Source: Candidatus Woesearchaeota archaeon (GTDB taxonomy: Archaea > Nanobdellota > Nanobdellia > Woesearchaeales > GW2011-AR4). From it: a stretch of 64,000 bases of DNA. A program made the position numbers and the translations under genes. Location: contig JACPBQ010000002.1 of the NCBI GenBank assembly GCA_016180235.1, positions 2,206 through 66,205 on the forward strand, in the 5' to 3' direction. Below are positions 52,736-62,468 of the stretch, one piece after another (the first letter of the stretch is position 1; every line of letters begins with the position of its first letter). A model generated the notes under the pieces. It worked only from the letters and a program-made list of their open reading frames with translations, had not been told where the DNA came from and did not search any database.

Positions 52736-53812
52736 TTAATTCTGCTTCCTCTTGAATAAAAATACTGAAAGCAGTATTATAATTATCACAAGCAGAATCT
52801 CTCCAGCGATCAATGCAATAACAAACTCGTCAGTCTCAAAAAATGATGGTTCTTTGGTTTGAGTTAAAATTGGAGTGGTTACAGGCTGGGTTGTTCCTGG
52901 TGTAGTTTGTTGAGTTGGCTGCACTACAACAACCTCATCTTTTGGCTCTGCTTCTTCATGTTCCTCTTCCTCTTTCAGTTGACAAGTCCCCACAACCAGA
53001 TCAACGGTATCTGTCTTCACACTCCTTCCGTTTTCGTAGGTAACGCGTGATTGTATTGAGTAAACTTCCGGAGGAACATCAGTTGGTACTGCATATGTAA
53101 ACGTTTTGCTGAACTTGCTGTCAGAATCAAACGGGTCATTGCTTAAATCAAATGTTTCCCTGAAATTTATTCCCAGTTCTGCATTAGTCACTTCAAGCAC
53201 AGCCTCATCTTCATCATCCCTGCCGGTGTTAATAACAGCAGTTGATAATTGCACTGTTCTGCTACATTGGATTTCTGAGGGAGTTACTGCATTTCTTGTA
53301 AACCTGATTTCATGCTTTTCCTTTTCTACTTCAAGCTCCAATTCGTAAATAACCTTATGTATGGTCCTGTTTTCATCTCTTCCCTCAACTTCAATTAAAA
53401 CATCAAAAGTATCATCTTCAACTTCAAGCGGTATTTTAAATTCTAAATTTACTTTCTTATCTTTTCCAGCTTTTAAATCGAACTCTTTTGCCTCTTCATC
53501 CAGCTCATCCCCATCGTCTATGTCATCTATAGTTACAACAACTTCAATGTCCTCTATTTCCAAACCTTTGTCATCAGTAAAATTATTTTTTACTTCTATT
53601 CTAAATTCAACAGTAGAGCCAGGTTTTGCCTCTCGTTTTATTCTGTCTCCAAAATCAATGTTATTATGGCTGCTTCCATCTACCTTTACATCAACATCGG
53701 TTATCAGCAATTTTCCGCCGCTGATTATCTCGCCATCTTCATTAACAGCCATTGCTAAAGGCATCATTAGAAAAAATATGCAAATTCGAAGTATAGAGTT
53801 TAATTTTTTCAT
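52736..53812 (-). CDS. cell-surface protein: signal peptide, beta-rich repeats, T/P-rich stalk, C-terminal TM anchor
   Basis: N-terminus KLNSILRICIFFLMMPLAMA, stalk PTQQTTPGTTQPVTTPILTQT, anchor LIAGEILLVIIIILLSVFLFKRKQN. Confidence 0.55.
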   Translation of the reverse strand: MKKLNSILRICIFFLMMPLAMAVNEDGEIISGGKLLITDVDVKVDGSSHNNIDFGDRIKREAKPGSTVEFRIEVKNNFTDDKGLEIEDIEVVVTIDDIDDGDELDEEAKEFDLKAGKDKKVNLEFKIPLEVEDDTFDVLIEVEGRDENRTIHKVIYELELEVEKEKHEIRFTRNAVTPSEIQCSRTVQLSTAVINTGRDDEDEAVLEVTNAELGINFRETFDLSNDPFDSDSKFSKTFTYAVPTDVPPEVYSIQSRVTYENGRSVKTDTVDLVVGTCQLKEEEEHEEAEPKDEVVVVQPTQQTTPGTTQPVTTPILTQTKEPSFFETDEFVIALIAGEILLVIIIILLSVFLFKRKQN

Positions 53813-54172
53813 TGCCCCATTATTTTTCCTTGAATTCCATCATGTTATCATTGAGATCGCAAATCAAAAACCTCTCAAAAAAATCACTATAGTCTGTCTC
53901 TTCTGAAGGTTTTTTTGGCTTGACCATTTGCACCACTATTTTTTTCAGCAGTCTTTTTGATGATTATCTTTCCATCCTTGTCAAAACCCCAGTATTTTAT
54001 GTCTGGAATTGACGGCCTGTTATAATCGGCATCTTTCTCTTTCATTGAGTTATTAGCCCCATTATTCCTTTTTTAATCTTTCAATAAGCTCCCAATATTC
54101 CGGGCCAAAGGCTTGCTTTATCAGCTCGTTTTCAATATCCTGAGCAGTTACCATGCAAACCACCACGAATGA

Positions 54173-56707
54173 TTATTTTTCTGTTGCCCCTATGCCTGCT
54201 TTCAGCATTGATTCTGCGACAATTAATGTACTATCTGTTTGCTTGACTTCTGCTGCATTACCTTTCAAGTCATCCTTATAGTGAAGATGATTGGCAATTA
54301 CCTGTGCTACGTTTCTTGTGTCCTCTTTTGTGTAGCCAGCTACCAGCATAGCTACATTGCCGTCATTCTCATACAGCTCAATCCTTCCAACTCCTGGCTC
54401 AAACCCTAAAGTGCAGTCTTCAGGATTTCCCAATAGCTCTGCAGTTGCAACATTAGCGCATGGTCCTCCAACAAGTATTGCATTTATTTCCCTAATGTTT
54501 TTGACTTCGGATGCCAGTTTAGTTGCGCCAACATCGATTCTTTGTATTTTTACTGCTCCACCTACTGCTTTTTCAGTTTCAGTAAAAGTCGCTTTAGACT
54601 CTGTTATGTAAACTAAAGGGACTCTCTGGCTTTGAGGATATTCTATAGACACTTCTTGAGGAGCGTTGCTTGGAGTGCTTCTTTTCGCATAAGCTCCGTA
54701 GCTGCTGTATGCATATTCATTCCTATCATCATCGTCAGGCGTGATGAAGTTATGGTTCTGGCTTGGGTCTAAAGACAATCTTGCCTCTCCTCCAGTTGCA
54801 TTCAAATTAAAAATAAACGAGGTTGGCGCCAAATCATCATAGTGGTTGCTGTTCGGGGTTCCAATTAAAACTGTAACACCCTGAGATGAAGAATTTTCTA
54901 TAGAGATATTTGTGCCGTACTGCGTGTTTAAGGAAACCACGTTAGAGCCTATTGTGTTGTCACCATTTATATCAACAAGTATATCAAAATCATTGGACCC
55001 TATTGAAGATGCATTGTATACCTTAAATGTCCTTCCACCCAGCTTAATCTGTGATATCTCAAACAAATCCTGCCCATCAGGGCCAACTACTCCGCTTAGC
55101 ACAGAGCCAACAGAAATTGGCCTTTCAATCCTATCCCCGCTTCCAAGCTCATCAAACTTGATTATAGGGCTGTCTGATGTTATTTTATCCGCTCCCCTAT
55201 AGCGCAAAGCAAAGCTTGACCTTTCCCCATTCTTGTCAGTTTCATCAGTTAAAATAAAATAGTCGTCTTTTGTTATTGTTTTGTTTTCCTGGACAATAAG
55301 ATCATCGTCATTGTCGCCAAATCTTATAGTGCTGCCTGAGACAGCATGCATAATTGGCAATTTTGCCCTGTTCCCGTTCTTATCTACAAATTCCAATATG
55401 TAATCATCTGAGCCAGAGGCTTTTATCGCAATCTCCTGGGTTTTAGGGCTGCTTAATCCCTGATATGATACATCCCAGTTAGAAGTAAAAAGCAGATCTT
55501 TTTGGTCAATAACATTGCTTAGATTTCCCCCTTTTGGGACATAGTAATTGTCATCAGCCGTCATATTTATTCCTATTCTGTCAATTTTAAATATTGAATT
55601 GTCATCGCTGCCTTCTATCGTTACATGAGCGCCATCTATAGTCTTTTCATTGACTTTTAGCTCATGGCTGCTTGAGCTGTCAGTTATGTCTGTATCTTTT
55701 AATTCAAGCTTTTGCGCTCCCAGGAAAAATGAGGCCATGTGCACGCCTCCGGCATAATCCTGGTAAAGGATTTCAGTAACTCCGATTATTGTTCCATCTG
55801 AAAGCTTGCCTGTTTCGCCATCTCTAAGCAGCCTTGTTGATTCGCCATTTACCAAAAATTTTGCATTTGTAGAATCTACAAATTCAAGCGTTACCTCAAA
55901 ATCTTGGCCATTGAATGTGTATGTTTTTGTATCGCCCTCTACCAAAGAATCCTTTATTGGCCCTGTCATCAGGCCCAGCAATATCTGGCCTTGGTTTGCG
56001 CCATTCCTTGTAGCTTGCACTATTGTGTATTTCTTTCCTAATATTGTTATGTCTACATCTTCAAAATCAGAAAGGAAATTTCCCGTAGTTGAGGATCTTC
56101 CATTTATGTCATCCACATCGCTCTCTAAAGCAGAAGTAAATTCCAGCTCGTATCTTACAATCTGCTTTCCAGATTGAAAGTATAGAAAATCAGCAGTTAC
56201 GTCGGTGTCATCTTCCAATAGCTGCACAAATCCTGTTGTAGCATCCTCAAAATATAATCTTTGGTCATAGGCTGCGCTGCCCTTGGTGTTCCTGGTTTTT
56301 CCCTTTTCCAATAATACTTCCAGTTCAGCGTCATCAATAAAAGAGTTGCTGGTTATAGTAGCAATAGATTCCTTGTTTGTGCCGGATTTTAAGTTCTCAG
56401 CCAATTCCAAAATTTTTGTTGAGGTGCCAACTTTCCAAGCATCGCCTTCTAAAACGGTCTCTGTTTCTGTTGCAACAGGTGTTGTTGCGGCAAACTGCAA
56501 GCTTGCAGCTATGTCACTTGCGCCTATAACATCCTCTGCCGCAGCCCTGTCTCCTACAACCAGAACGCCATTAAATTTTCCATCCTTTATGAATGGAGCC
56601 GGGTAATTGACCAAATCAGTTGCTACCGCTCCAGTGATTGTAGCGCCTACCATGCTGGCTCCAATTCCCAGAGCCATTATCTTATTCACAATTTTTCTGA
56701 TTTTCAT
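54173..56707 (-). CDS. S-layer protein (Methanococcales-type N- and C-terminal domains)
   Basis: N-terminus ALGIGASMVGATITGAVATDLVNYPAPFIKDGKFNGVLVVGDRAAAEDVIGASDIAASL and C-terminus INAILVGGPCANVATAELLG match the S-layer N/C domain patterns of methanococcal S-layer proteins. Confidence 0.75.
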   Translation of the reverse strand: MKIRKIVNKIMALGIGASMVGATITGAVATDLVNYPAPFIKDGKFNGVLVVGDRAAAEDVIGASDIAASLQFAATTPVATETETVLEGDAWKVGTSTKILELAENLKSGTNKESIATITSNSFIDDAELEVLLEKGKTRNTKGSAAYDQRLYFEDATTGFVQLLEDDTDVTADFLYFQSGKQIVRYELEFTSALESDVDDINGRSSTTGNFLSDFEDVDITILGKKYTIVQATRNGANQGQILLGLMTGPIKDSLVEGDTKTYTFNGQDFEVTLEFVDSTNAKFLVNGESTRLLRDGETGKLSDGTIIGVTEILYQDYAGGVHMASFFLGAQKLELKDTDITDSSSSHELKVNEKTIDGAHVTIEGSDDNSIFKIDRIGINMTADDNYYVPKGGNLSNVIDQKDLLFTSNWDVSYQGLSSPKTQEIAIKASGSDDYILEFVDKNGNRAKLPIMHAVSGSTIRFGDNDDDLIVQENKTITKDDYFILTDETDKNGERSSFALRYRGADKITSDSPIIKFDELGSGDRIERPISVGSVLSGVVGPDGQDLFEISQIKLGGRTFKVYNASSIGSNDFDILVDINGDNTIGSNVVSLNTQYGTNISIENSSSQGVTVLIGTPNSNHYDDLAPTSFIFNLNATGGEARLSLDPSQNHNFITPDDDDRNEYAYSSYGAYAKRSTPSNAPQEVSIEYPQSQRVPLVYITESKATFTETEKAVGGAVKIQRIDVGATKLASEVKNIREINAILVGGPCANVATAELLGNPEDCTLGFEPGVGRIELYENDGNVAMLVAGYTKEDTRNVAQVIANHLHYKDDLKGNAAEVKQTDSTLIVAESMLKAGIGATEK

Positions 56708-56854
56708 CTTATGTCACCTCGTGTTCGTTTTGTTCGATATTTCTCCGAAATTTGTTAGAATCAGTATAGTAAAGGTCTTATAAATCCATTATTAAGGGTA
56801 GATATATAGGTACCCTTAATAAAGCTTAAAAAGGGGAAATCACTCTAATAAAGG

Positions 56855-57556
56855 ATGTTCAACCCTATAAAAGAGCCAAATTTTTTTTTCGGCTTAGATA
56901 CAGCTACAGTCCCTGCATGGTTCAAAGGGCTGGATGGAGCAATTCAGTTAACAGTAGCAATAATTGCACTAGTATTGGCAATATACACTTTTAAGATATA
57001 CAAAATATCCGGGAAAAAAAAACCATTCTATTTCGGCACAGGATTTATTTTTGTTTCTCTGTCCTATTTCGTGTGGGCAGTCCTCAACATGGCCATTATT
57101 ATCAACATAAGCAGGTACCTTTGCAGAGAAACCCATATATGCATTGTCGACATTCTGACTGATATATCCATCTATATTCATATGGCTTTACTTATGGTTG
57201 GATTGCTTCTAATAAGCTTCTCCACTTTTAAAAAAAGAAACAAGGAAACGTACATTCTTGCTTTTTTCATAATAGCTTTGGTCTTGGCACTCAGCAAGCA
57301 GACCCTTATGTTTTTTTATTCGTTTTCCTCCCTGCTTCTGCTCTATTTAGTTATACATTATGTCCGCAACTATTTCAAGCATAAGAATACCAAGACTTTA
57401 GTTGTTGGTTCGGCATTTTTATTGCTGTCAATAGCAAACCTGGAATTGGTCTTTGGTCTTACTGACGGGTTTGATTATACCATCGGCAATATCCTCACCC
57501 TTTTGGCTTTTCTTCTGATAATACTGAATTTTGTCTATATACTGATGAAAAAATAA
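56855..57556 (+). CDS. polytopic membrane protein, unknown function
   Basis: 233 aa with about 6 TM helices. Confidence 0.5.
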   Translation: MFNPIKEPNFFFGLDTATVPAWFKGLDGAIQLTVAIIALVLAIYTFKIYKISGKKKPFYFGTGFIFVSLSYFVWAVLNMAIIINISRYLCRETHICIVDILTDISIYIHMALLMVGLLLISFSTFKKRNKETYILAFFIIALVLALSKQTLMFFYSFSSLLLLYLVIHYVRNYFKHKNTKTLVVGSAFLLLSIANLELVFGLTDGFDYTIGNILTLLAFLLIILNFVYILMKK

Positions 57557-57610
57557 GTTCTAGACTGAAAATAACAAACAATAAATAACTCAAAAGCCCC
57601 TAATGCGAAA

Positions 57611-57886
57611 ATGAGCAAAAAAAGAGATCGTATACAAGTCATTTATGACATTTTAAACGCAGTAAAGGAAAAGGATGGCAAGATTAAGCCTACAAACATA
57701 CTTTATAAGGCAAACTTATCACCACAGATGCTTAACGAGTATCTAAAGGAACTAATAGGAAAAGGGTTAATAAAGGAAAACAATGCAAAAGATGGTAAAA
57801 CCTATTCCCTGGAAAACAAGGGGTTTGAGTTTTTGTCTAAATACAAGACTATAGTGGATTTTCTGGAAACGTTCGGGCTGAACTAA
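57611..57886 (+). CDS. small winged-helix DNA-binding protein
   Basis: RIQVIYDILNAVKE..PTNILYKANLSPQMLNEYLKELIGKGLIKE..YSLENKGFEFL is a typical archaeal wHTH (HTH_45-like) pattern. Confidence 0.6.
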   Translation: MSKKRDRIQVIYDILNAVKEKDGKIKPTNILYKANLSPQMLNEYLKELIGKGLIKENNAKDGKTYSLENKGFEFLSKYKTIVDFLETFGLN

Positions 57887-57962
57887 AAAGAAAATTAAGA
57901 AACATCAATAAAATCCATTTTCAGAAATTATCGCAAAAGCGTATGATGCTGGGCGTCGGCGT

Positions 57963-59621
57963 TTATATTTTCCCAGTTATGTCTTCAGGCTTCTCAACAG
58001 GCTCTATTTTCTCCTCCGAATCCTCTTTCTTTCTTTTCAAGACTCTCAGGAATACAAAGCCAACAATTAGAGAAAGAATGACCGCAACTATGGCATAAGC
58101 CATTATCGGCTTCTTTTTCTCGTCTTGCAGAATTGTTACCGGAATTTCCCGGGTTTTTTGCTCCTGTTCTTTTTCTTCTTCCTTCGGTGTGCCAGCAGTT
58201 TCTCCTGAGGTCAACGACACGTTTTCCGCTTTTTTCTCCTCAGTTAGGCTCTTTTTTTCTTCTGTTTCATCCGCACCAGCTACCTTAATGGGTATGCTTT
58301 CTTTTTGGGTAAAAACCTCCTGATATGATGATTGATAATTAGCGGTTATGTTAAAATAATATGCCCCAAAATCAGGCGCAATTACAGAAGAGCTAAAAAC
58401 TCTTATCCTTTCCCCAGGCCTGATGCTGCTGTACGTAGAAGAATGCGGCTCTATTCCCGGGACATCAGCAGCGTAGCTTATTCTGACATTCCTGAATTCA
58501 TTTGGCCCTGGATTAACAAGGTCTGCTATAAGAACTGCCCTTTGCCCCGCAACCACTATATTCTGCGAAAAATCATGCTCAATATGCAGGCAGGTGCAAT
58601 TGACATTTATTGTTTGGCTTTTATGGACTTCCCTCAAAAACTTGCTTATCTTATAGCTGCCGTCTGCATAAAGCTCATATTTCCCCGTGATTAATCCCTT
58701 CAGCTCAAAATCAAGGCTCTTTTTTTCTTTTGGGGTTAATGTCCCGCTCCAGCTCAGCAGCCTGCTGTTCCCTGCAGCTTCTTTTGGCTTTTTAATGACC
58801 AGTATTTTTTCCGGCACTTTTATGCTCAATGCAGTCACGCTAAGCTCATGCTCGTCATTTATATTTTCCAGTATTATGCTCATGTTGAAATTCTCCCCGA
58901 TATCAAATCTGCTTTTGTTTGTGCTATAGCTTATTGCCAGGGAATAATTGTAGACTTTTCCTTCAATGGCGCCTGAAACCGCGGTTTTTGTCTCGACTCC
59001 GTCAAAATAGCTCACATTCGCCACAAGCTCATAATTCCCGGGAGAAATACTTTTGGCTTTGTATGTGCACGTCCTTGTCTGCCTTGGAGAAACATCATGG
59101 TCGAACAAAATGACTCCTCCAATCTGCTTGCATCCTTCTATTTCTGTAAAGAGCAGATTTGGGGGTATAGGCATGGTTGCCGTGACATTCTGCACGGGAA
59201 CGTCCGCAGTATTCTCAAAAGACAGCACTCCTGTAACTTCTTCGTCTATCAGGATATTTTCCTTTTCTATGGTATGCGCTATATCCAGCTTTGATTTTAT
59301 CTGGTAAACTTCGACCTCAGCCTTGTAGACATCATACCAGGGGTCATAATTCCTGTAGGAAAAAGATACATTATTGACGCATATGTCAAATCTGTCCTTT
59401 ATCTTGCATTCCCCGCTTTCCACTATAACTCCTGAAATGTCAATCTCTATGTATACCTTGCTGCTCTGGGGATCTATCTTGAACGCAAACTCTTTTCCGG
59501 ATATGTTTACAGCGTCTCCATCTTCAACAGTATCAGAAAACAGGATCTCTTCATAGATTGAAAATGCATTCGGTGCTATAATAAGCATGCTGAATAAAAA
59601 AATTATCCCTCTTTTTCCCAT
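57963..59621 (-). CDS. cell-surface protein with signal peptide, beta-rich domains and C-terminal TM anchor
   Basis: N-terminus GIIFLFSMLIIAPNAFS, E/K-rich stalk, anchor IMAYAIVAVILSLIVGFVFLRVLKRKK. Confidence 0.55.
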   Translation of the reverse strand: MGKRGIIFLFSMLIIAPNAFSIYEEILFSDTVEDGDAVNISGKEFAFKIDPQSSKVYIEIDISGVIVESGECKIKDRFDICVNNVSFSYRNYDPWYDVYKAEVEVYQIKSKLDIAHTIEKENILIDEEVTGVLSFENTADVPVQNVTATMPIPPNLLFTEIEGCKQIGGVILFDHDVSPRQTRTCTYKAKSISPGNYELVANVSYFDGVETKTAVSGAIEGKVYNYSLAISYSTNKSRFDIGENFNMSIILENINDEHELSVTALSIKVPEKILVIKKPKEAAGNSRLLSWSGTLTPKEKKSLDFELKGLITGKYELYADGSYKISKFLREVHKSQTINVNCTCLHIEHDFSQNIVVAGQRAVLIADLVNPGPNEFRNVRISYAADVPGIEPHSSTYSSIRPGERIRVFSSSVIAPDFGAYYFNITANYQSSYQEVFTQKESIPIKVAGADETEEKKSLTEEKKAENVSLTSGETAGTPKEEEKEQEQKTREIPVTILQDEKKKPIMAYAIVAVILSLIVGFVFLRVLKRKKEDSEEKIEPVEKPEDITGKI

Positions 59622-59654
59622 TGGAATGAAAATTGTGCTTTAATTATAAAAAAG

Positions 59655-61142
59655 TTACTTTATTACGACAACGCCTGGGGATTTTTCCAGCTCTTCTCTG
59701 GCAAATTTTAGTTTGAGCTTATTTTCTGAATAGATTGTAAAGATTTTTTCTCCTTTTGTTGTTTTATCGTTGATATGCTTATGCAGATATATGCCCGCAC
59801 CATTGTCGGCTGGGGCTCCTGCGACCCTTGCTAATCTTGCTATAATTTTGTTGTCTATTTTTTTGACAATTCCTTTCTTTGCTGACTTGACATCAAACTT
59901 GAATCTTCCTATTTTTATATCCTCAGGGTCAAAAATTTTGCCATCCTGGGCTTTTATTATCTCTTTCATTTTTTTATAGGCCTTCCCTGAATCTAAAATT
60001 TCCTCTGCCTTGCCTTTGCTGTCTTTGATTCCAGCCATTTTAAAGAGTTCGCCAGCCATTGCTATGCATTTTTTTTCCAGGTCAGGGGGCCTTCTCTTGT
60101 CTCTCCTCAAAATCCACAGGACATCCCTTGCCTCCAATGCAGGCCCTATGCCGTTTCCTATAGGCTGCTTTCCGTCAGTGATAATGACGCTGACATGCTT
60201 CCTCAGCCTTTTCCCCACTTCATCAAACAATTTTTTTAGCTTTAAAGCCTCCTGTCTGTTTTTGACTTTGCTGCCATTGCCTATCGGTATGTCTATCAGA
60301 ATGTGAGTGCTTGACACGGAATATTTCTTGGCCATTATCGAAGCAAGCAGCTGGCTTTCCGCGTCAATCCCCAGAGTTTTCTCAACGCCTATTATCTTGT
60401 CATCTGCAGGAGCAAGGTTCAAAGAGCCGCCCCAGACAATGCATGCATTTGTTTTTGCGATGATTTCTTTCATCCTGCTGATAGGGAAGGAGACTTTTGC
60501 AAGAACCTCCATGGCATCGGCAGTTCCTGCAGGGCTTGTTATGGACCTGCTTGATGTCTTTGGCATTGTAAGGCCTGCTGCCGCAATTATAGGCACTAAA
60601 ACCATCGTGGTCCTGTTACCGGGAATTCCGCCAATGGAATGCTTGTCAATCACCGGATATTTGTCGAGCTTCAGTTTGTCCCCGTGGTTGACCATAGCTT
60701 TTGTAAGCATTATTGTCTCGTTTATTGACATGAGGTTTGTATAGCACGCAGCAACAAAGAAAGTAAGCTCTGAGTCGCTGAGCTTGTTATGCACAATATC
60801 CCACACAATCTGGTCTATCTCCTTCCTGTTCAATGTTTTGCCATCGAGCTTTTTTCTTATAAAATCTATTGAAAGGGGCTTTCTGGCAAGCGCTATGCTG
60901 ACTTTATCATTCTTTTTTAAGTTTAAAGAATCTATGACTTCCTCATATACCCCTATTCTTCCTTCCGGGACTACTTTGCTGCTTTCGGCTATATTCGCGA
61001 CTACGGTCTCAACTCTTTTTCCCTTGTTTATCTTTATCCTGTCAAGATGGTGTATATCGAACTTGATAGCGTCTTTAATGTTAAGCACAGCTACTAAAGG
61101 CCCGCCGGTTGCAATGTCCATGTCTTTTATTTTCAATTTCAT
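59655..61142 (-). CDS. AMP phosphorylase (thymidine phosphorylase family with archaeal N-terminal extension)
   Basis: MKLKIKDMDIATGGPLVAVLN N-domain. IDKHSIGGIPGNRTT (TP-family phosphate loop). 495 aa. GGTGA RBS. Confidence 0.8.
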   Translation of the reverse strand: MKLKIKDMDIATGGPLVAVLNIKDAIKFDIHHLDRIKINKGKRVETVVANIAESSKVVPEGRIGVYEEVIDSLNLKKNDKVSIALARKPLSIDFIRKKLDGKTLNRKEIDQIVWDIVHNKLSDSELTFFVAACYTNLMSINETIMLTKAMVNHGDKLKLDKYPVIDKHSIGGIPGNRTTMVLVPIIAAAGLTMPKTSSRSITSPAGTADAMEVLAKVSFPISRMKEIIAKTNACIVWGGSLNLAPADDKIIGVEKTLGIDAESQLLASIMAKKYSVSSTHILIDIPIGNGSKVKNRQEALKLKKLFDEVGKRLRKHVSVIITDGKQPIGNGIGPALEARDVLWILRRDKRRPPDLEKKCIAMAGELFKMAGIKDSKGKAEEILDSGKAYKKMKEIIKAQDGKIFDPEDIKIGRFKFDVKSAKKGIVKKIDNKIIARLARVAGAPADNGAGIYLHKHINDKTTKGEKIFTIYSENKLKLKFAREELEKSPGVVVIK

Positions 61143-61147
61143 TTACT

Positions 61148-61210
61148 TCACCTGAAAATAAAAGGCTTGAAAAATTTCAATTTTTCATTGTCTTTGATTT
61201 TGAGTTTCAT
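61148..61210 (-). CDS. mini-ORF u1 (20 aa) re-encoding the AMP phosphorylase N-terminus
   Basis: ATGAAACTCAAAATCAAAGAC.. encodes MKLKIKDNEKLKFFKPFIFR. Its TGA stop lies inside the AGGTGA RBS of the AMP phosphorylase gene. Confidence 0.35.
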   Translation of the reverse strand: MKLKIKDNEKLKFFKPFIFR

Positions 61211-61232
61211 TTTTTAAATAAAATTTCAAAAT

Positions 61233-61283
61233 TTAAGGCTTGAAAAACCTTTGTTTTTCACTGTCTTTGACTTTTAATTTCAT
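61233..61283 (-). CDS. mini-ORF u2 (16 aa), paralog of u1
   Basis: ATGAAATTAAAAGTCAAAGAC.. encodes MKLKVKDSEKQRFFKP. Confidence 0.35.
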   Translation of the reverse strand: MKLKVKDSEKQRFFKP

Positions 61284-61297
61284 TTTCCTGCAGAACT

Positions 61298-62383
61298 CTA
61301 TTCTTTTTCCTCTTCATATATGTTCACGAACGCCACAAGCAAGGCCAGCAATATAGGCCCTATCATCACTCCTATAAATCCAAGCAGTTGCAATCCGCCA
61401 ACAACTCCCAGCAGGACAAGGACAGGGTGCAAGCCTGACTTGTCACCTATTATCTTTGGCTTCAGGATATTGTCTATTGTGCCGACAACAAAAATCCCGT
61501 AAATTATGAGAAGAACTCCCTTTATAATGAAAGTTGGGTCATCAGCGGTATAGCCATTTAATATTAGGGATAATGCTGCAGGAAGCCATATTATAGTCGA
61601 GCCCACATAAGGTATAAAAGAGGCAAATATCATGACCAGGCCCCACAGCAAAGGCGTGGGCAATCCAAATATGAAAAATCCTATGCCTCCCAAAGTTCCT
61701 TGTATTATTGCTATGATTATGCTTCCGTAAATCACCGCATATGTCATGTCGCCGAGCTTATTAATCACCCTCTTCCTGTATTTCTCCTTCAAAGGCAAAA
61801 GCCTTTCAACTTTGTTTATCAGAAGATGGCCATCCCTGAAAAGGAAAAACATAATGAATAATGTGATAAACATATGCAATACAAAGACAGGTATGGATAC
61901 CAGTATATCGGATATTTTTCCTGTAATCCTTGTAGTGGCTTCTTTTATAGTGGTATCAAGATAATATTTTAGCTGGGGATCACTTGCTTTTTCAGCAAAA
62001 TAATGCATCAATTTGCATGCTGATTTATCTGCAGGCTGGCATTCTGATGAAAGAAGCTGCACATTTGATGATTTCTGCTTTGAAAGGATGTATGTGGCAT
62101 ATGCCTCTTTTGATACTGTGTTCAGGACAAAAAACAAAGGTATGGTTATCACCAAGATGACAAGAAGTGACGCGATAAAGGCAGATGCATTTTTATTCGG
62201 GATTCTTTTGAGGATTTTTCCATATATCGGGTAGAATATATACGAAAAGACTATCCCCGTAAGCAAAGCAGTAAGGAACGGCTTTATTATAAGGAAGGAT
62301 ATGGCAATCAGGGTAAGAAAAATAATGGCAAAAAACGCTTTTTGGTAAAGTTTTGATTCCATTTTGTTGTTATTGTTGCTCAT
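61298..62383 (-). CDS. AI-2E family transporter (PerM/UPF0118)
   Basis: 361 aa with 8 TM helices. WGLVMIFASFIPYVGSTIIWLPAAL matches the family's conserved IP-x-(V/I)G segment. Confidence 0.7.
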   Translation of the reverse strand: MSNNNNKMESKLYQKAFFAIIFLTLIAISFLIIKPFLTALLTGIVFSYIFYPIYGKILKRIPNKNASAFIASLLVILVITIPLFFVLNTVSKEAYATYILSKQKSSNVQLLSSECQPADKSACKLMHYFAEKASDPQLKYYLDTTIKEATTRITGKISDILVSIPVFVLHMFITLFIMFFLFRDGHLLINKVERLLPLKEKYRKRVINKLGDMTYAVIYGSIIIAIIQGTLGGIGFFIFGLPTPLLWGLVMIFASFIPYVGSTIIWLPAALSLILNGYTADDPTFIIKGVLLIIYGIFVVGTIDNILKPKIIGDKSGLHPVLVLLGVVGGLQLLGFIGVMIGPILLALLVAFVNIYEEEKE

Positions 62384-62468
62384 AGAGATGATTACATGCT
62401 ATTTTTTATAGTTATATAAATATTATGGTTTTGTGATTAAAGAAAAATTTAGGATGGAAAAAATTAAA

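Noticed and set aside
53887-54160. Small minus-strand ORFs between the surface-protein and S-layer genes (52 aa, 53887-54045; 29 aa, ending near 54155).
   Set aside because: No motifs and a weak RBS for the 52-aa ORF. They may be real micro-proteins, but the sequence alone gives insufficient support.
53106-56606. Serine-rich + strand ORFs (53106-53348, 53361-53906, 54357-54611, 54912-55202, 55806-56177, 56283-56606).
   Set aside because: They are antisense to the surface-protein and S-layer genes. Their S/F/L-rich composition is typical of the reverse frame of D/E/T/G-rich genes.
61162-61287. Two-copy direct repeat of about 52 bp considered as a possible mini-CRISPR or tandem repeat array.
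   Set aside because: There are only two diverged copies, no spacer-repeat periodicity and no cas genes. It is better explained as duplicated gene-start modules encoding mini-ORFs, which I reported as a finding.
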